IMG/VR virus record: IMGVR_UViG_3300050026_000282
Span: 13,231-77,230 of that record
Reading direction: 5' to 3' (one strand)
Source: a virus
Taxonomy: Duplodnaviria > Heunggongvirae > Uroviricota > Caudoviricetes
DNA length: 64,000 nt
Every line of letters starts with the position of its first letter. Position 1 is the stretch's first letter. The notes below the pieces were generated by a model. That model saw only the letters and a program-made list of their open reading frames with translations. It made no database searches and was not told where the DNA came from. The translations under genes were made by a program, and so were the position numbers. Below are positions 1-7,876 of the stretch, piece by piece.

Positions 1-68
1 TCCTCACGGTCGGTGTTGGCCTCTTTGGCGGCGGTCTCTTTGATGAGCTTCAGGACTTCGTCGTTCAT
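1..68 (-). CDS. hypothetical protein, N-terminal fragment (gene continues past window start)
   Basis: Minus-strand ATG at 66-68 preceded by AAGGTGG; reads MNDEVLKLIKETAAKEANTDRE... off the left edge. Not in ORF track because it is truncated. Confidence 0.35.
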   Translation of the reverse strand, partial: MNDEVLKLIKETAAKEANTDRE

Positions 69-229
69 ACTCGTTCCACCTTGAACTCGTAGTTGTCTTC
101 CAGGTCGGCCAGTTGCATGATTCGGTGAGGGTTGCGGTCGAAGAAGAGCTTCTGACGCTTGAGCATTTCGTCAGCGTCTTCCGGGTCTTCTACCTTGAAG
201 TCAACGGACATGGTGACGCGAAGTTTCAT
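65..229 (-). CDS. small hypothetical protein (54 aa)
   Basis: Read by hand from the sequence (below the 60-aa track cutoff): MKLRVTMSVDFKVEDPEDADEMLKRQKLFFDRNPHRIMQLADLEDNYEFKVERV. ATGA start/stop overlaps with both neighbours. Confidence 0.35.
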   Translation of the reverse strand: MKLRVTMSVDFKVEDPEDADEMLKRQKLFFDRNPHRIMQLADLEDNYEFKVERV

Positions 230-519
230 GGCTGCCTCATACTAAGGAACATTTGCACAATGGACTGCTGGGCCTTTTTGACCTCACGCTGGGCATGGAC
301 CACCATCGACATTGGAGCACCATCAAGCCTCATTTCGTCGCGGCACAGTGACCGGTAAAGACCAAGGACTTCGACGATGTTTTCGACGATCTTTCCCTGC
401 GGCGGCCACTGGTGAAGTGCCTCACGGCGATCAAAGAAGTGGCCACACGTCTCGCAGAGTCGATCTGACTCCGGCGACCACTCGACAGGCTGGCCACACT
501 TCGGGCAGTATTCGTTCAC
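226..519 (-). CDS. zinc-ribbon protein (CPKCG...CETCG)
   Basis: ORF track 97 aa with two CxxC pairs. GTG start overlapping the upstream stop (GTGA). Confidence 0.45.
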   Translation of the reverse strand: MNEYCPKCGQPVEWSPESDRLCETCGHFFDRREALHQWPPQGKIVENIVEVLGLYRSLCRDEMRLDGAPMSMVVHAQREVKKAQQSIVQMFLSMRQP

Positions 520-746
520 GGTTTCACGAATGGGAGTTTGACCAGAGCCGCGACGACTTCCGCCGGGCTATTCAGCTTGAGGATCATTTCAGCGGCAACG
601 GCGGCAGCTTCGGCTAACGTCTTGCCCTCGAATCGGTCATGGCCACCATAGCCAATGTCAATGATGGCTCGGCCGGGGTACATCGTGACCTGGATGCCGG
701 CGGCATGAGAGGCCAGGGCGGTGAGTAGGAGCATCGTTGGGTTCAT
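516..746 (-). CDS. hypothetical protein (76 aa)
   Basis: ORF track. ATG at 744-746 overlaps the stop of the upstream gene (ATGA). Confidence 0.4.
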   Translation of the reverse strand: MNPTMLLLTALASHAAGIQVTMYPGRAIIDIGYGGHDRFEGKTLAEAAAVAAEMILKLNSPAEVVAALVKLPFVKP

Positions 747-1021
747 CGGTCGATCTTTCTGATGTCAGTAATGGTTCGCTGATTCGAGTGGAGCAAAGTC
801 TTCTTGCGAAAATCAGCAAGGGCATCATCGCGGCCCCTCTCCGTAGCAAACCACTGCCGATACATCCACTTCCGGTAGTGCTCGTTGTACTGCTCGATGC
901 CGAAGGGCTTCTTACGCTTGTTGAGAGGGTCAGCCTCTTGCTTCCCGAAGGCCGCATCCCAGTTGGTGGCAAACTGTTCCTGTGGAACAAGACACGGCCG
1001 GCGATTGCTTCCCTTACCCAT
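743..1021 (-). CDS. hypothetical protein (about 92 aa)
   Basis: C-terminal part of track ORF 743..1096. Internal ATG (MGKGSNRRPCLV...) at about 1021 has an AAGGA RBS and avoids overlap with gene 1032..1388. Confidence 0.4.
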   Translation of the reverse strand: MGKGSNRRPCLVPQEQFATNWDAAFGKQEADPLNKRKKPFGIEQYNEHYRKWMYRQWFATERGRDDALADFRKKTLLHSNQRTITDIRKIDR

Positions 1022-1031
1022 CACTTGGTCC

Positions 1032-1388
1032 TTACTTGGCAATTGGAATCTTGAAGGTGCAAACGCGATCCTTGCAGTACCCTTGGTACTTGCCATCCCT
1101 GAGACATTTGCAACCGTGGCAGGCCAGATACATCGGGCAGCAGTTCATGCCGATACGCAGGTCGCCATTTTCAACGACACAGTAGGCATCCCCGTTAGGT
1201 TTACACCCGTACTGGAACGGGCAGATGATGGTGCAAAGTCCGTCCTTGCAAATGATCTCGCAGCCGTGGTTCTCAGACGGCAGAATGTGGGCATTCACTG
1301 GCAGCGTTGGCCTTGGAGTCAAGTAAGAGACAGCCAAGGCCGCGATGCACAGTCCGCACAACACCAAGAGGGGTCTAGGAGCATTCAT
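1032..1388 (-). CDS. secreted cysteine-rich protein (118 aa, 18 Cys)
   Basis: N-terminal signal-like segment MNAPRPLLVLCGLCIAALAVSYL, then dense Cys spacing (CEIICKDGLCTIICPFQYGCK...NCCPMYLACHGCKC). Strong AAGGAAGG RBS upstream. Confidence 0.5.
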   Translation of the reverse strand: MNAPRPLLVLCGLCIAALAVSYLTPRPTLPVNAHILPSENHGCEIICKDGLCTIICPFQYGCKPNGDAYCVVENGDLRIGMNCCPMYLACHGCKCLRDGKYQGYCKDRVCTFKIPIAK

Positions 1389-1671
1389 TATTGGCCCCTT
1401 CCTTCAGGTCCTTGATGACTTTCTTGATACTCCCGGAGGCGACATCGGCAATGAGGGTCTTCAGGAAGCCTCTCGCCGCTTGGAATCGCATTACGAGAAA
1501 TGAGCCGACCAAGCCACCGACCGCCATGCCCGCCCCTTGGAGGACGCCACTGGCCAGCGTGTGCAAGGTCTCGGCCCAGTGCGTAGTCGCGTAGATCAGG
1601 GCCGAAACCGCTGACGCCGCAACGATCAGGAGGGCGAGTGCCCCGGTTATGTAAGCGATGATGCGTTTCAT
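1375..1671 (-). CDS. small membrane protein (98 aa)
   Basis: Internal start MKRIIAYITGALALLIVAASAVSALIY of track ORF 1375..1920, with AGGAG RBS 8 nt upstream. Two hydrophobic helices. The upstream part of the track ORF looks like read-through. Confidence 0.5.
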   Translation of the reverse strand: MKRIIAYITGALALLIVAASAVSALIYATTHWAETLHTLASGVLQGAGMAVGGLVGSFLVMRFQAARGFLKTLIADVASGSIKKVIKDLKEGANNECS

Positions 1672-1673
1672 CG

Positions 1674-2003
1674 TCAGACTCCTAGTTCTTGAAGGGCTTT
1701 GATCTCTTCGGCGGTCAACTTGCTGAGGGCGCTTTTCTTCGCCGCGATGTTGCTTTTGTAGTACCGCAGCTTCGCTTTGTAGGCGTTGACGATCCGCCGG
1801 TATTCCGCGAGGAACGCTTTTTTCGTCCCTTCGCCGGTAGTGTTGCACACGTCGCACGGGACCGTTTCGGGCTCTTGCCCGTACTGGTATTGGATGGCAA
1901 TGAATCCCCAGCCTCGGCATCTAACGCAACGCCAACCGTCTCCGTGGAAGAGTCGCTTTCTGAAGTCAGCAAGAGAGTGGAACGGTCGGATGGGTTTGCA
2001 CAT
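1674..2003 (-). CDS. zinc-finger-like hypothetical protein (110 aa)
   Basis: C-terminal protein-like part of track ORF 1674..2207 from MCKPIRPF; CxxC...CxxC (WRCVRCRG...CDVCNTTG) plus lysine-rich tail. Confidence 0.4.
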   Translation of the reverse strand: MCKPIRPFHSLADFRKRLFHGDGWRCVRCRGWGFIAIQYQYGQEPETVPCDVCNTTGEGTKKAFLAEYRRIVNAYKAKLRYYKSNIAAKKSALSKLTAEEIKALQELGV

Positions 2004-2371
2004 AACATTGCCACCCGTATTCGAGGATTGATCTTCTTCATCGCCCACGCCGGCAGGCCGAGGGGGACCTTGCCGAACAGTTCGCGGATGGCTCGCAGGC
2101 CAGGTGCTTCGCACGCATTGGACCATAGCCGGTAGTGTTTCTCGCACGCTTTTTGAGCGGCCCCAAGTGTCTTGTACAGCCGGTGGTGGAGATCGACGAT
2201 GTCCCACATTTCCCGGTCAGGGAGTACGGTTCGCACGCCGGCCTGGAAGCGGGCCGGGACGTGGACACCGTGGATGGTTCTTCGCCAGATGATCCGGTAT
2301 TGCTCTTCAGAGAAGAACGTCCGTCGCGTCTTACTGCTCTGGCCGCGTTTCTTTTTGCGAACGAAGTTCAT
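1715..2371 (-). CDS. hypothetical protein; C-terminal ~95 aa low-complexity and overlapping 1674..2003 in another frame (possible frameshift or overlap)
   Basis: N-terminal 125 aa protein-like (MNFVRKKKRGQSSKTRRTFFSEEQYRIIWRR...). Remainder is S/T/R/K-rich. Confidence 0.3.
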   Translation of the reverse strand: MNFVRKKKRGQSSKTRRTFFSEEQYRIIWRRTIHGVHVPARFQAGVRTVLPDREMWDIVDLHHRLYKTLGAAQKACEKHYRLWSNACEAPGLRAIRELFGKVPLGLPAWAMKKINPRIRVAMLCANPSDRSTLLLTSESDSSTETVGVALDAEAGDSLPSNTSTGKSPKRSRATCATLPAKGRKKRSSRNTGGSSTPTKRSCGTTKATSRRRKAPSAS

Positions 2372-2799
2372 AGTGGCCCCATCACGGTTGACTGAATGGC
2401 GACCAACACTATGTTGCCGTCTCCGCGTTTGGCTACACGGCCGATGGCCTCATGCTTGCGGCTGGTTTTCACGACCGACTGATTACACAGGCAGAGTTGG
2501 CCCGGCCCAATCTTCGCAGCGATCATGTTGCCTAGCTCGAAGTGGGTGCCGTCGCAATCGAACTCGAATACTCCGGTGGTTGCGACTCGGATCGGGCTTG
2601 TGTCTCCTATCCGGCTGCGTTGCATGGCCACGCCGAGGAAGTTGGCCTTGAGTTCTTGCTGGGACGCGAGCCAGCACGCTGGCCTGGCGTCGTCGCGTTC
2701 CTGCCAGAGGATGTCGCCGATCTCGATGACCGTGTCACGGTCAACGGCGGCTATGACGGGGTTGGTGTCGGCGTAACGCCATCGCATCTTGTCGCTCAT
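2368..2799 (-). CDS. hypothetical protein (143 aa)
   Basis: ORF track; ATGA overlap with downstream gene. Confidence 0.4.
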   Translation of the reverse strand: MSDKMRWRYADTNPVIAAVDRDTVIEIGDILWQERDDARPACWLASQQELKANFLGVAMQRSRIGDTSPIRVATTGVFEFDCDGTHFELGNMIAAKIGPGQLCLCNQSVVKTSRKHEAIGRVAKRGDGNIVLVAIQSTVMGPL

Positions 2800-3035
2800 G
2801 CTGTCACCACGATGCAGTTGTTGAGGTTGCGGACGTGGAAGCGGCGGCCGGCCTTACAACCGGTAAGAACGTTATCTTCGATATAATCGATCTTCATGGT
2901 CGTCAGCCGCATGTCGCTTCCCCGCCGAACGGGGTAGCAGACGGTGTCACCCGCTTTGATCTCACGTCCGAGAAAGTCTTGAAGCATGATCTTGGTCTCC
3001 GTAGTAGGTACAGTTGACGACCTCACTTGTCGCAC
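2796..3035 (-). CDS. hypothetical protein (79 aa)
   Basis: ORF track; ATGA overlap at 2796-2799. Confidence 0.4.
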   Translation of the reverse strand: MRQVRSSTVPTTETKIMLQDFLGREIKAGDTVCYPVRRGSDMRLTTMKIDYIEDNVLTGCKAGRRFHVRNLNNCIVVTA

Positions 3036-3039
3036 GAAT

Positions 3040-3267
3040 TCACCCGAGAATCTTCTGCTTCCACATGGGCCAGGTTTTCACCTCGGCCGACGCCCTTTCC
3101 AGAAAGGCGTCGAAGCGGGCCTTGTCTTCCAGCCGGTCTAGCTCTTCCAGCGCGTCAAGCAAGAAGTGCTCCAGGTCGGAACGCTTGCCAAAGGCAGCCC
3201 GTGGCTGCGTCTTACCGTCCTGGACAATGCAGTGCCAGCCGCCCCTGGTTTCAACTCGGTAACTCAT
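3040..3267 (-). CDS. hypothetical protein (75 aa)
   Basis: Internal start MSYRVETRGGWH of track ORF 3040..3504; ATGA overlap with the methyltransferase stop. Confidence 0.35.
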   Translation of the reverse strand: MSYRVETRGGWHCIVQDGKTQPRAAFGKRSDLEHFLLDALEELDRLEDKARFDAFLERASAEVKTWPMWKQKILG

Positions 3268-4022
3268 GCGGCCTCCCAGATTCGGCGGTGGATGTAGTCG
3301 GTTCGCGCCAGACCGTGTTCCTTGGCGATCTCGTCGCAGTAGTGCTTGTCGAGTTCGATCAAGGTGCAGGAAAGACCGAGTGCCTTGCAGACTCGCAACG
3401 TTGTGCCAGTTCCGCCGAACGGGTCGATCACTGATCCTCTGGGCGGCGTCGTCAGCTTCAGGCAGCGTTCGACTAGGCCCTCGTTGAGTTGGGTCGGATG
3501 CCAAGAGCGCCGCTGCTTGCTGTTGCCCGTCACACGAGGGAAATCAAAACAATCGCCCGGCACTCGGCCGCGAGGATCGGCCCGCTTGTCGCCGTGCTCC
3601 TGCCGCCAGGAAGCAACCCGGATTGCATCCGGGTAGAGCGGCGCGTCGGTCCAGCGAATGCGGATCAGTGGCCGGTGGTTGTTGCCCAGGTCGTGGTGGT
3701 TGTGCTGCCCGAAGGTGAAGATTTGCACGCACGGCTTCGCTTCCAGTCCGCCGGCCCGTAGTCCGACTACATCGGTGACGATCTTGCCAACCTCGAAGGT
3801 CCACTTGGCGTTGTACGAGAACCAAACGGTTTTCGCCTGGAGCACGAAGCAACTGAGCCACTTGCGGAGAAGGCCGATATAGTCGCTGTCAGAGTGACGA
3901 TCACTGTACTCGTTGTAGCCGAGGCCGATGTTATCCGGCGGGTCGGCAAACAACGTATCCCATTGGCGGCAACCGACAATGTCCAGGTAATCAAGACAGT
4001 CGCAGTTGACGAGTTGATTCAT
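3264..4022 (-). CDS. DNA methyltransferase (N6-adenine/N4-cytosine, beta-class order), motif IV reads DPPD
   Basis: FADPPDNIGLGYNEY (motif IV) near the N-terminus and IDPFGGTGTT (SAM motif I) near the C-terminus; the PF01555 assignment is from memory. The aromatic residue of D/N/S-PP-Y/F is replaced by Asp. Confidence 0.7.
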   Translation of the reverse strand: MNQLVNCDCLDYLDIVGCRQWDTLFADPPDNIGLGYNEYSDRHSDSDYIGLLRKWLSCFVLQAKTVWFSYNAKWTFEVGKIVTDVVGLRAGGLEAKPCVQIFTFGQHNHHDLGNNHRPLIRIRWTDAPLYPDAIRVASWRQEHGDKRADPRGRVPGDCFDFPRVTGNSKQRRSWHPTQLNEGLVERCLKLTTPPRGSVIDPFGGTGTTLRVCKALGLSCTLIELDKHYCDEIAKEHGLARTDYIHRRIWEAA

Positions 4023-4024
4023 GC

Positions 4025-4471
4025 CTAGCTCCGCAAAAGGGCCTCAGCGATATGCACAGCTTCATCCAGGGTCGCTACCCGGAATCCCATTGCCTCGCGG
4101 ATCATGGCGTGATCGTGAGGGTTCCCCTGCGGCTCGATGGCGACAATGATCGGGATGCCGTTGTCCCAGGCCCAGGCGATCTCCATGACGGTGCCGAGGC
4201 TCGCCTTTGTCGCGCCCAAGAGGTTTACCAGGAGCACGTCGCATCGCGTGCAGTCCCAGTGGTCGCGGGTCATAATTCCGCGCGGGCAGGCCAGAGGGTT
4301 CTCGTAGTCGTTCCCCACGCTTGTCTCGTTGGCAAGGAAGTCCTTACCCCGCATCGGGTCGAGGCTGGTGATCCCGAATGATTCCAGATCGGCTCGGACT
4401 AGCTTCCGCCAGTCGGTGCAGCCGCCGTAAGTGCAACCCGTAATTGGTCCAGCGAGATAGACGGTGCTCAT
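4025..4471 (-). CDS. nucleoside 2-deoxyribosyltransferase-like protein
   Basis: Internal start MSTVYLAGPITG with GAGGAAGAA RBS; the nucleoside 2-deoxyribosyltransferase family (recalled from memory) signature VYLAGP...W...DLESFGI..LDP ... DVLLVNL...SLGTVMEIAWAW..GIPII. Confidence 0.55.
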   Translation of the reverse strand: MSTVYLAGPITGCTYGGCTDWRKLVRADLESFGITSLDPMRGKDFLANETSVGNDYENPLACPRGIMTRDHWDCTRCDVLLVNLLGATKASLGTVMEIAWAWDNGIPIIVAIEPQGNPHDHAMIREAMGFRVATLDEAVHIAEALLRS

Positions 4472-4701
4472 TTCTTCCTCACGGCTACATAGGTCCCAAT
4501 CCAACCGCCAACTGCGAAGGCAAAGCAAGCGAGGATGCACTGCTGAACGACCAGGACGGTCGAGACGAGGATACATAGGTAAATCAGCACACTCATGTTG
4601 GCCGCGTGAACGGGCCGCTTTGCCTGCACGTCCGCGACACAGTTGGCCCAGACAATGTCCTGGGCAAAGCCACAGATAAAAGCGAGTAGAATGACCATCA
4701 T
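4468..4701 (-). CDS. small membrane protein (77 aa)
   Basis: Internal start MMVILLAFICGF... of track ORF 4468..4938, two hydrophobic helices; ATGA-coupled. Confidence 0.4.
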   Translation of the reverse strand: MMVILLAFICGFAQDIVWANCVADVQAKRPVHAANMSVLIYLCILVSTVLVVQQCILACFAFAVGGWIGTYVAVRKK

Positions 4702-4799
4702 CGGGTCTTCCTCATTCTGGCTAGCGACTCGCGCCGCTCGCGCTGCCGCTTGGCGAGTTCTCGGTTCGTGCGCGACCGCCGGATGATTGGTCGAGTCAT
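4698..4799 (-). CDS. basic micro-ORF (33 aa, MTRPIIRRSRTNRELAKRQRERRESLARMRKTR)
   Basis: ATGA overlaps on both sides place it in the coupled chain 4987->4468. Confidence 0.2.
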   Translation of the reverse strand: MTRPIIRRSRTNRELAKRQRERRESLARMRKTR

Positions 4800-4987
4800 T
4801 TGTAAAGCACCTTGATGCTGTAGCCAAAGATGGCCGCGTGTTTGGTGTATCCCATTCGCTCCGAGAACAAAGGCGGGTGTCGTCGCCGGTCTGCAACGTG
4901 CAGGCCCACTCCGAAGATGCGAAACCACCCGTAGCCATCCCCGATGCCGAACGAAAACCAACCGTAGTTACCAGCGTGGTATCTCAT
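4796..4987 (-). CDS. Gly/aromatic-rich small protein (63 aa)
   Basis: ORF track; ATGA overlap with the stop of 4984..5763. Confidence 0.3.
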   Translation of the reverse strand: MRYHAGNYGWFSFGIGDGYGWFRIFGVGLHVADRRRHPPLFSERMGYTKHAAIFGYSIKVLYK

Positions 4988-5763
4988 AGTCCCAGTTCCT
5001 CCCTGGCCCAGGCTGTACCGAAGTAGCGCCGGATGAACCGGCGTAGGTTCTCGGCGTCCGGGGCACTTCGCAGCTTCTTGATGTACTCCCAGTCGCGGGG
5101 CGACCCTGACGAAATGATGATCTTCATTACCCGCCCGGTCTGGTACTTGAGGAACTCTCGCATCTGGGGGTCAGTTGACTGGGCGGCTTGGGGCACGCAC
5201 ATGGAATAGACGGCAAGCTCCAGTGCATACCGAACGGTCTCGCCACGGTCTGCGATGCCGAGAGCCATTCGGGCATTCGCCCCGTTGGCATAGGCAGAGA
5301 GTTCATCAAAGAGCCTGCACAGCGGCTTGTCCTGCCAGTACGGCTCCTGTTGGTAGAAGTAGAGGTTGTAGACGCCGCCCTGCAATGACGGTGGGATGTA
5401 GCCGGCGACGGTCGAGAGCGTGGTCCCTGGCTCTTGGATTAAAGCGGCTCGATCCTGTAGCACATAGAAGGCTGGGCAACGGTATGTGTCTCGCAAGACC
5501 GAGTTGATCCCGTGCGTGCCTTCGTGAACCCATCCGACCAAGTCGTCCGGGTCTCGGTAAGGATTTCCGGCCAGCAAGTGGCTCTCGATGTCCCTCACCA
5601 CGGGCGGCAAGTCACCTACTGGCCGGACCGCCGGGACTCCCGTCCAGGTGATCGGGATGCTCGTGAACACCTGCGGTGACGGCAACGGATTGAGGGCTGC
5701 CGCGAGGACTCCGACCGCTATGGCGACACCGCAGGCTACGATATTCAGTTTGTCGTGAGTCAT
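4984..5763 (-). CDS. membrane-anchored HExxH protein (putative zincin-like metallopeptidase)
   Basis: N-terminal hydrophobic helix then VGWVHEGTHGINS (HExxH). Confidence 0.45.
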   Translation of the reverse strand: MTHDKLNIVACGVAIAVGVLAAALNPLPSPQVFTSIPITWTGVPAVRPVGDLPPVVRDIESHLLAGNPYRDPDDLVGWVHEGTHGINSVLRDTYRCPAFYVLQDRAALIQEPGTTLSTVAGYIPPSLQGGVYNLYFYQQEPYWQDKPLCRLFDELSAYANGANARMALGIADRGETVRYALELAVYSMCVPQAAQSTDPQMREFLKYQTGRVMKIIISSGSPRDWEYIKKLRSAPDAENLRRFIRRYFGTAWAREELGL

Positions 5764-6551
5764 CGCAATAGCCCCTCAAAGGGTTCCGCATGATCGTCCA
5801 TCCAGGACCACATGCTGACCGTCCCGTCGTCTTCGATGCGGGTGAAGCCGTCCCTGTCCCGACACCAACAGCCGCAATTGAAGTGGTGGTTGCCAATACG
5901 ACCCTGCTGGTGGCTGTGGCCTAGCACGACCACGTCGGCCTGCTTCGCCTTCCGGTACTTCTCGACGTTGTCGATCATTTCGTCCCGCCGACCGGCTTGT
6001 AACGTGAGGTGACGCCACAAGTTCAACGGGGCTTCCAGAGCGCTGATGAAGCTGTCTTCAACGAGGTGGCCGCGATGGACAGGCCCTTTGTTCTTCTCTT
6101 CGAGTAGGGCCGAGATAATCGCGGTGATCTCGCCGATGCCAGGATTGATAGCCGAGCAGTAGTTGTCCGATTCATGCCCGTGCAGGAAGGCGAACTTTCG
6201 GTTGCCGATGACTGACTCGAACGGGCCGCTCAGTGTCGGCAGCTTCAGGCCACGGAGTTCGATGAAGGTGCCAATGAACTCGGTCAAAGCGCTGTCGTGG
6301 TTCCCCGTCACCCACACAGGCGTGCCAATCCCGGTGAACTCGATGGCCGTCAGTAGGTCGCGGTAGGCCATGACCGACCGGCTCAGATTGCACTGCCACC
6401 AGTCGAGGAGATCGCCAAGGATTCGGAGTTGGCCACCCTGGCCATCCAAGTAGTCGAGGAACCGCCGGAACCGGTCTTCGCCACGGTAGGCGAAGCAATC
6501 ACGCGGCCCTCGGTCGCAAAGGTGGAGATCACTGATACAGAAGATAGGCAT
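5760..6551 (-). CDS. metallophosphoesterase (calcineurin-like)
   Basis: MPIFCISDLHL, ILGDLLDWW, VTGNHDS, FLHGHESD, GHSHQ motifs. Start taken at the internal ATG to avoid a 58-nt overlap. Confidence 0.7.
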   Translation of the reverse strand: MPIFCISDLHLCDRGPRDCFAYRGEDRFRRFLDYLDGQGGQLRILGDLLDWWQCNLSRSVMAYRDLLTAIEFTGIGTPVWVTGNHDSALTEFIGTFIELRGLKLPTLSGPFESVIGNRKFAFLHGHESDNYCSAINPGIGEITAIISALLEEKNKGPVHRGHLVEDSFISALEAPLNLWRHLTLQAGRRDEMIDNVEKYRKAKQADVVVLGHSHQQGRIGNHHFNCGCWCRDRDGFTRIEDDGTVSMWSWMDDHAEPFEGLLR

Positions 6552-6555
6552 GTGT

Positions 6556-7539
6556 TTATCCGCGATAGCGGCTCCGGGTGATTTCGTGGAAGAAGTCCTC
6601 TCGGCTCGAACCATCCGATTGCAACCCGACTGCCGAACTGTCGAGCGTCTCGCACCGTGCGTCGGACACGGCTTTGGTTAGGTCCGGGAAGATATGCCCG
6701 CTGGTGATCGCGGCCCAGCAGCGCTTGATGCGGGCGGCCAATTCCACTTGATAAGTGGAGCTAACCCTGGCCCGGTAGCCCGCCACGCGAAGCAGCGGCT
6801 TGTAGCCGGTCGGTTTGGCGACGATCTGATGGATGGACATGACCACGTCATCGTCACCAATCTTCTCGCCCAAGGCCCAGCCGTAGAGTGAAAGCTGGTC
6901 GGCCCAGGCCGTGTTGGACGTTTCCAGGGGGTACTTGTTGACGGTCATTCCGCCGTGACGGTAGGGGATGAACTTCTCGTGTTCCGTGCCGTGACTCTTC
7001 GAGTGCTTGATGGCATCGTAGCCGTCTCGGCACAGCATGTAGCTCGGATGCGGGCTGGTCGCGCTCTTGCTGCAATAGCCCGACAGCTTCCAGTCATGCA
7101 CAATGTCAACTTCGGTGACGAATTGGCAGTCCGGTTTTCCGGTGAAGGGGACACCGTCAATAACAGCGTCCACAGTGAACTCGAAGCGGGGCGGCTTCTT
7201 AGCCGCCTTCAGCAGTGTCAGAATCTCGCTGTAGAAGCCAGAGAGACGGTAGGCGTCGAAGATGTAATCGACTTCGCCCAGCGCCCAGTCGCGGTTCTGG
7301 GGCTCCACTTGGGACTCGAACAGGGCCTCGAAGCTGTACTTCGGGTCCGAACCAGCCCCAAATAAGTCCGCATGTAATGCGGACTTGACCCTGGCGTCGA
7401 AGACCGAGCCGGCAGCCGCCGGCCGCTCTTGCGGAATACGGGGCGACCGATTGTTGCTGAGGTACTTCAGGTAGAACTCGTCCTGGTTCTTCTCCCAGAG
7501 TGAAAAGCCAGAGTACGAAAGGCGCTGAATGGTTCTCAT
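6556..7539 (-). CDS. PD-(D/E)xK-family nuclease-like protein
   Basis: GKPDCQFVTEVDIVHDWK resembles the D...(D/E)xK core. N-terminus SYSGFSLWEKNQDEFYLKYL resembles the start of Cas4/RecB-like exonucleases. Internal ATG (MRTIQRLSYSG) ATGA-coupled to 7536 stop. Confidence 0.45.
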   Translation of the reverse strand: MRTIQRLSYSGFSLWEKNQDEFYLKYLSNNRSPRIPQERPAAAGSVFDARVKSALHADLFGAGSDPKYSFEALFESQVEPQNRDWALGEVDYIFDAYRLSGFYSEILTLLKAAKKPPRFEFTVDAVIDGVPFTGKPDCQFVTEVDIVHDWKLSGYCSKSATSPHPSYMLCRDGYDAIKHSKSHGTEHEKFIPYRHGGMTVNKYPLETSNTAWADQLSLYGWALGEKIGDDDVVMSIHQIVAKPTGYKPLLRVAGYRARVSSTYQVELAARIKRCWAAITSGHIFPDLTKAVSDARCETLDSSAVGLQSDGSSREDFFHEITRSRYRG

Positions 7540-7724
7540 AAGTTCTCCCAAATCTGCTCGTGGTAGTAAAACATCACGAGCTTAATCAGCAGCGTGACGC
7601 CCGTGAAAACAAGGCAGCTTCCAATGCTCCCGAAACAGATGTAAGCCAGTCCCAGGCACACGACACTCGACACAACCTCCCAAGAGACCGCTTTCCAGAA
7701 GGTATGCCGACGTGTGCTTGTCAT
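7536..7724 (-). CDS. small membrane protein, DUF2061-like (62 aa)
   Basis: VSWEVVSSVVCLGLAYICFGS...VTLLIKLVMFYYHEQIWENL; internal ATG start. Confidence 0.4.
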   Translation of the reverse strand: MTSTRRHTFWKAVSWEVVSSVVCLGLAYICFGSIGSCLVFTGVTLLIKLVMFYYHEQIWENL

Positions 7725-7876
7725 GCGATGATGTCCCAAAAGTGAAGTCTGGTGAGGAACCCAGCGTCGAAGTTCGCTTCCGTGTCACTCCACTGGTCGT
7801 CATCCCACGATGACTCCCCACGGTCCAAGTCGTCTTGATCTTCGTCAGTCCAGTCGTCGGGCAAGTTACTCATCAT
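7721..7876 (-). CDS. small acidic protein (51 aa; about 17 Asp/Glu)
   Basis: Read by hand from the sequence: MMSNLPDDWTDEDQDDLDRGESSWDDDQWSDTEANFDAGFLTRLHFWDIIA. ATGA overlaps both ends. Confidence 0.35.
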   Translation of the reverse strand: MMSNLPDDWTDEDQDDLDRGESSWDDDQWSDTEANFDAGFLTRLHFWDIIA

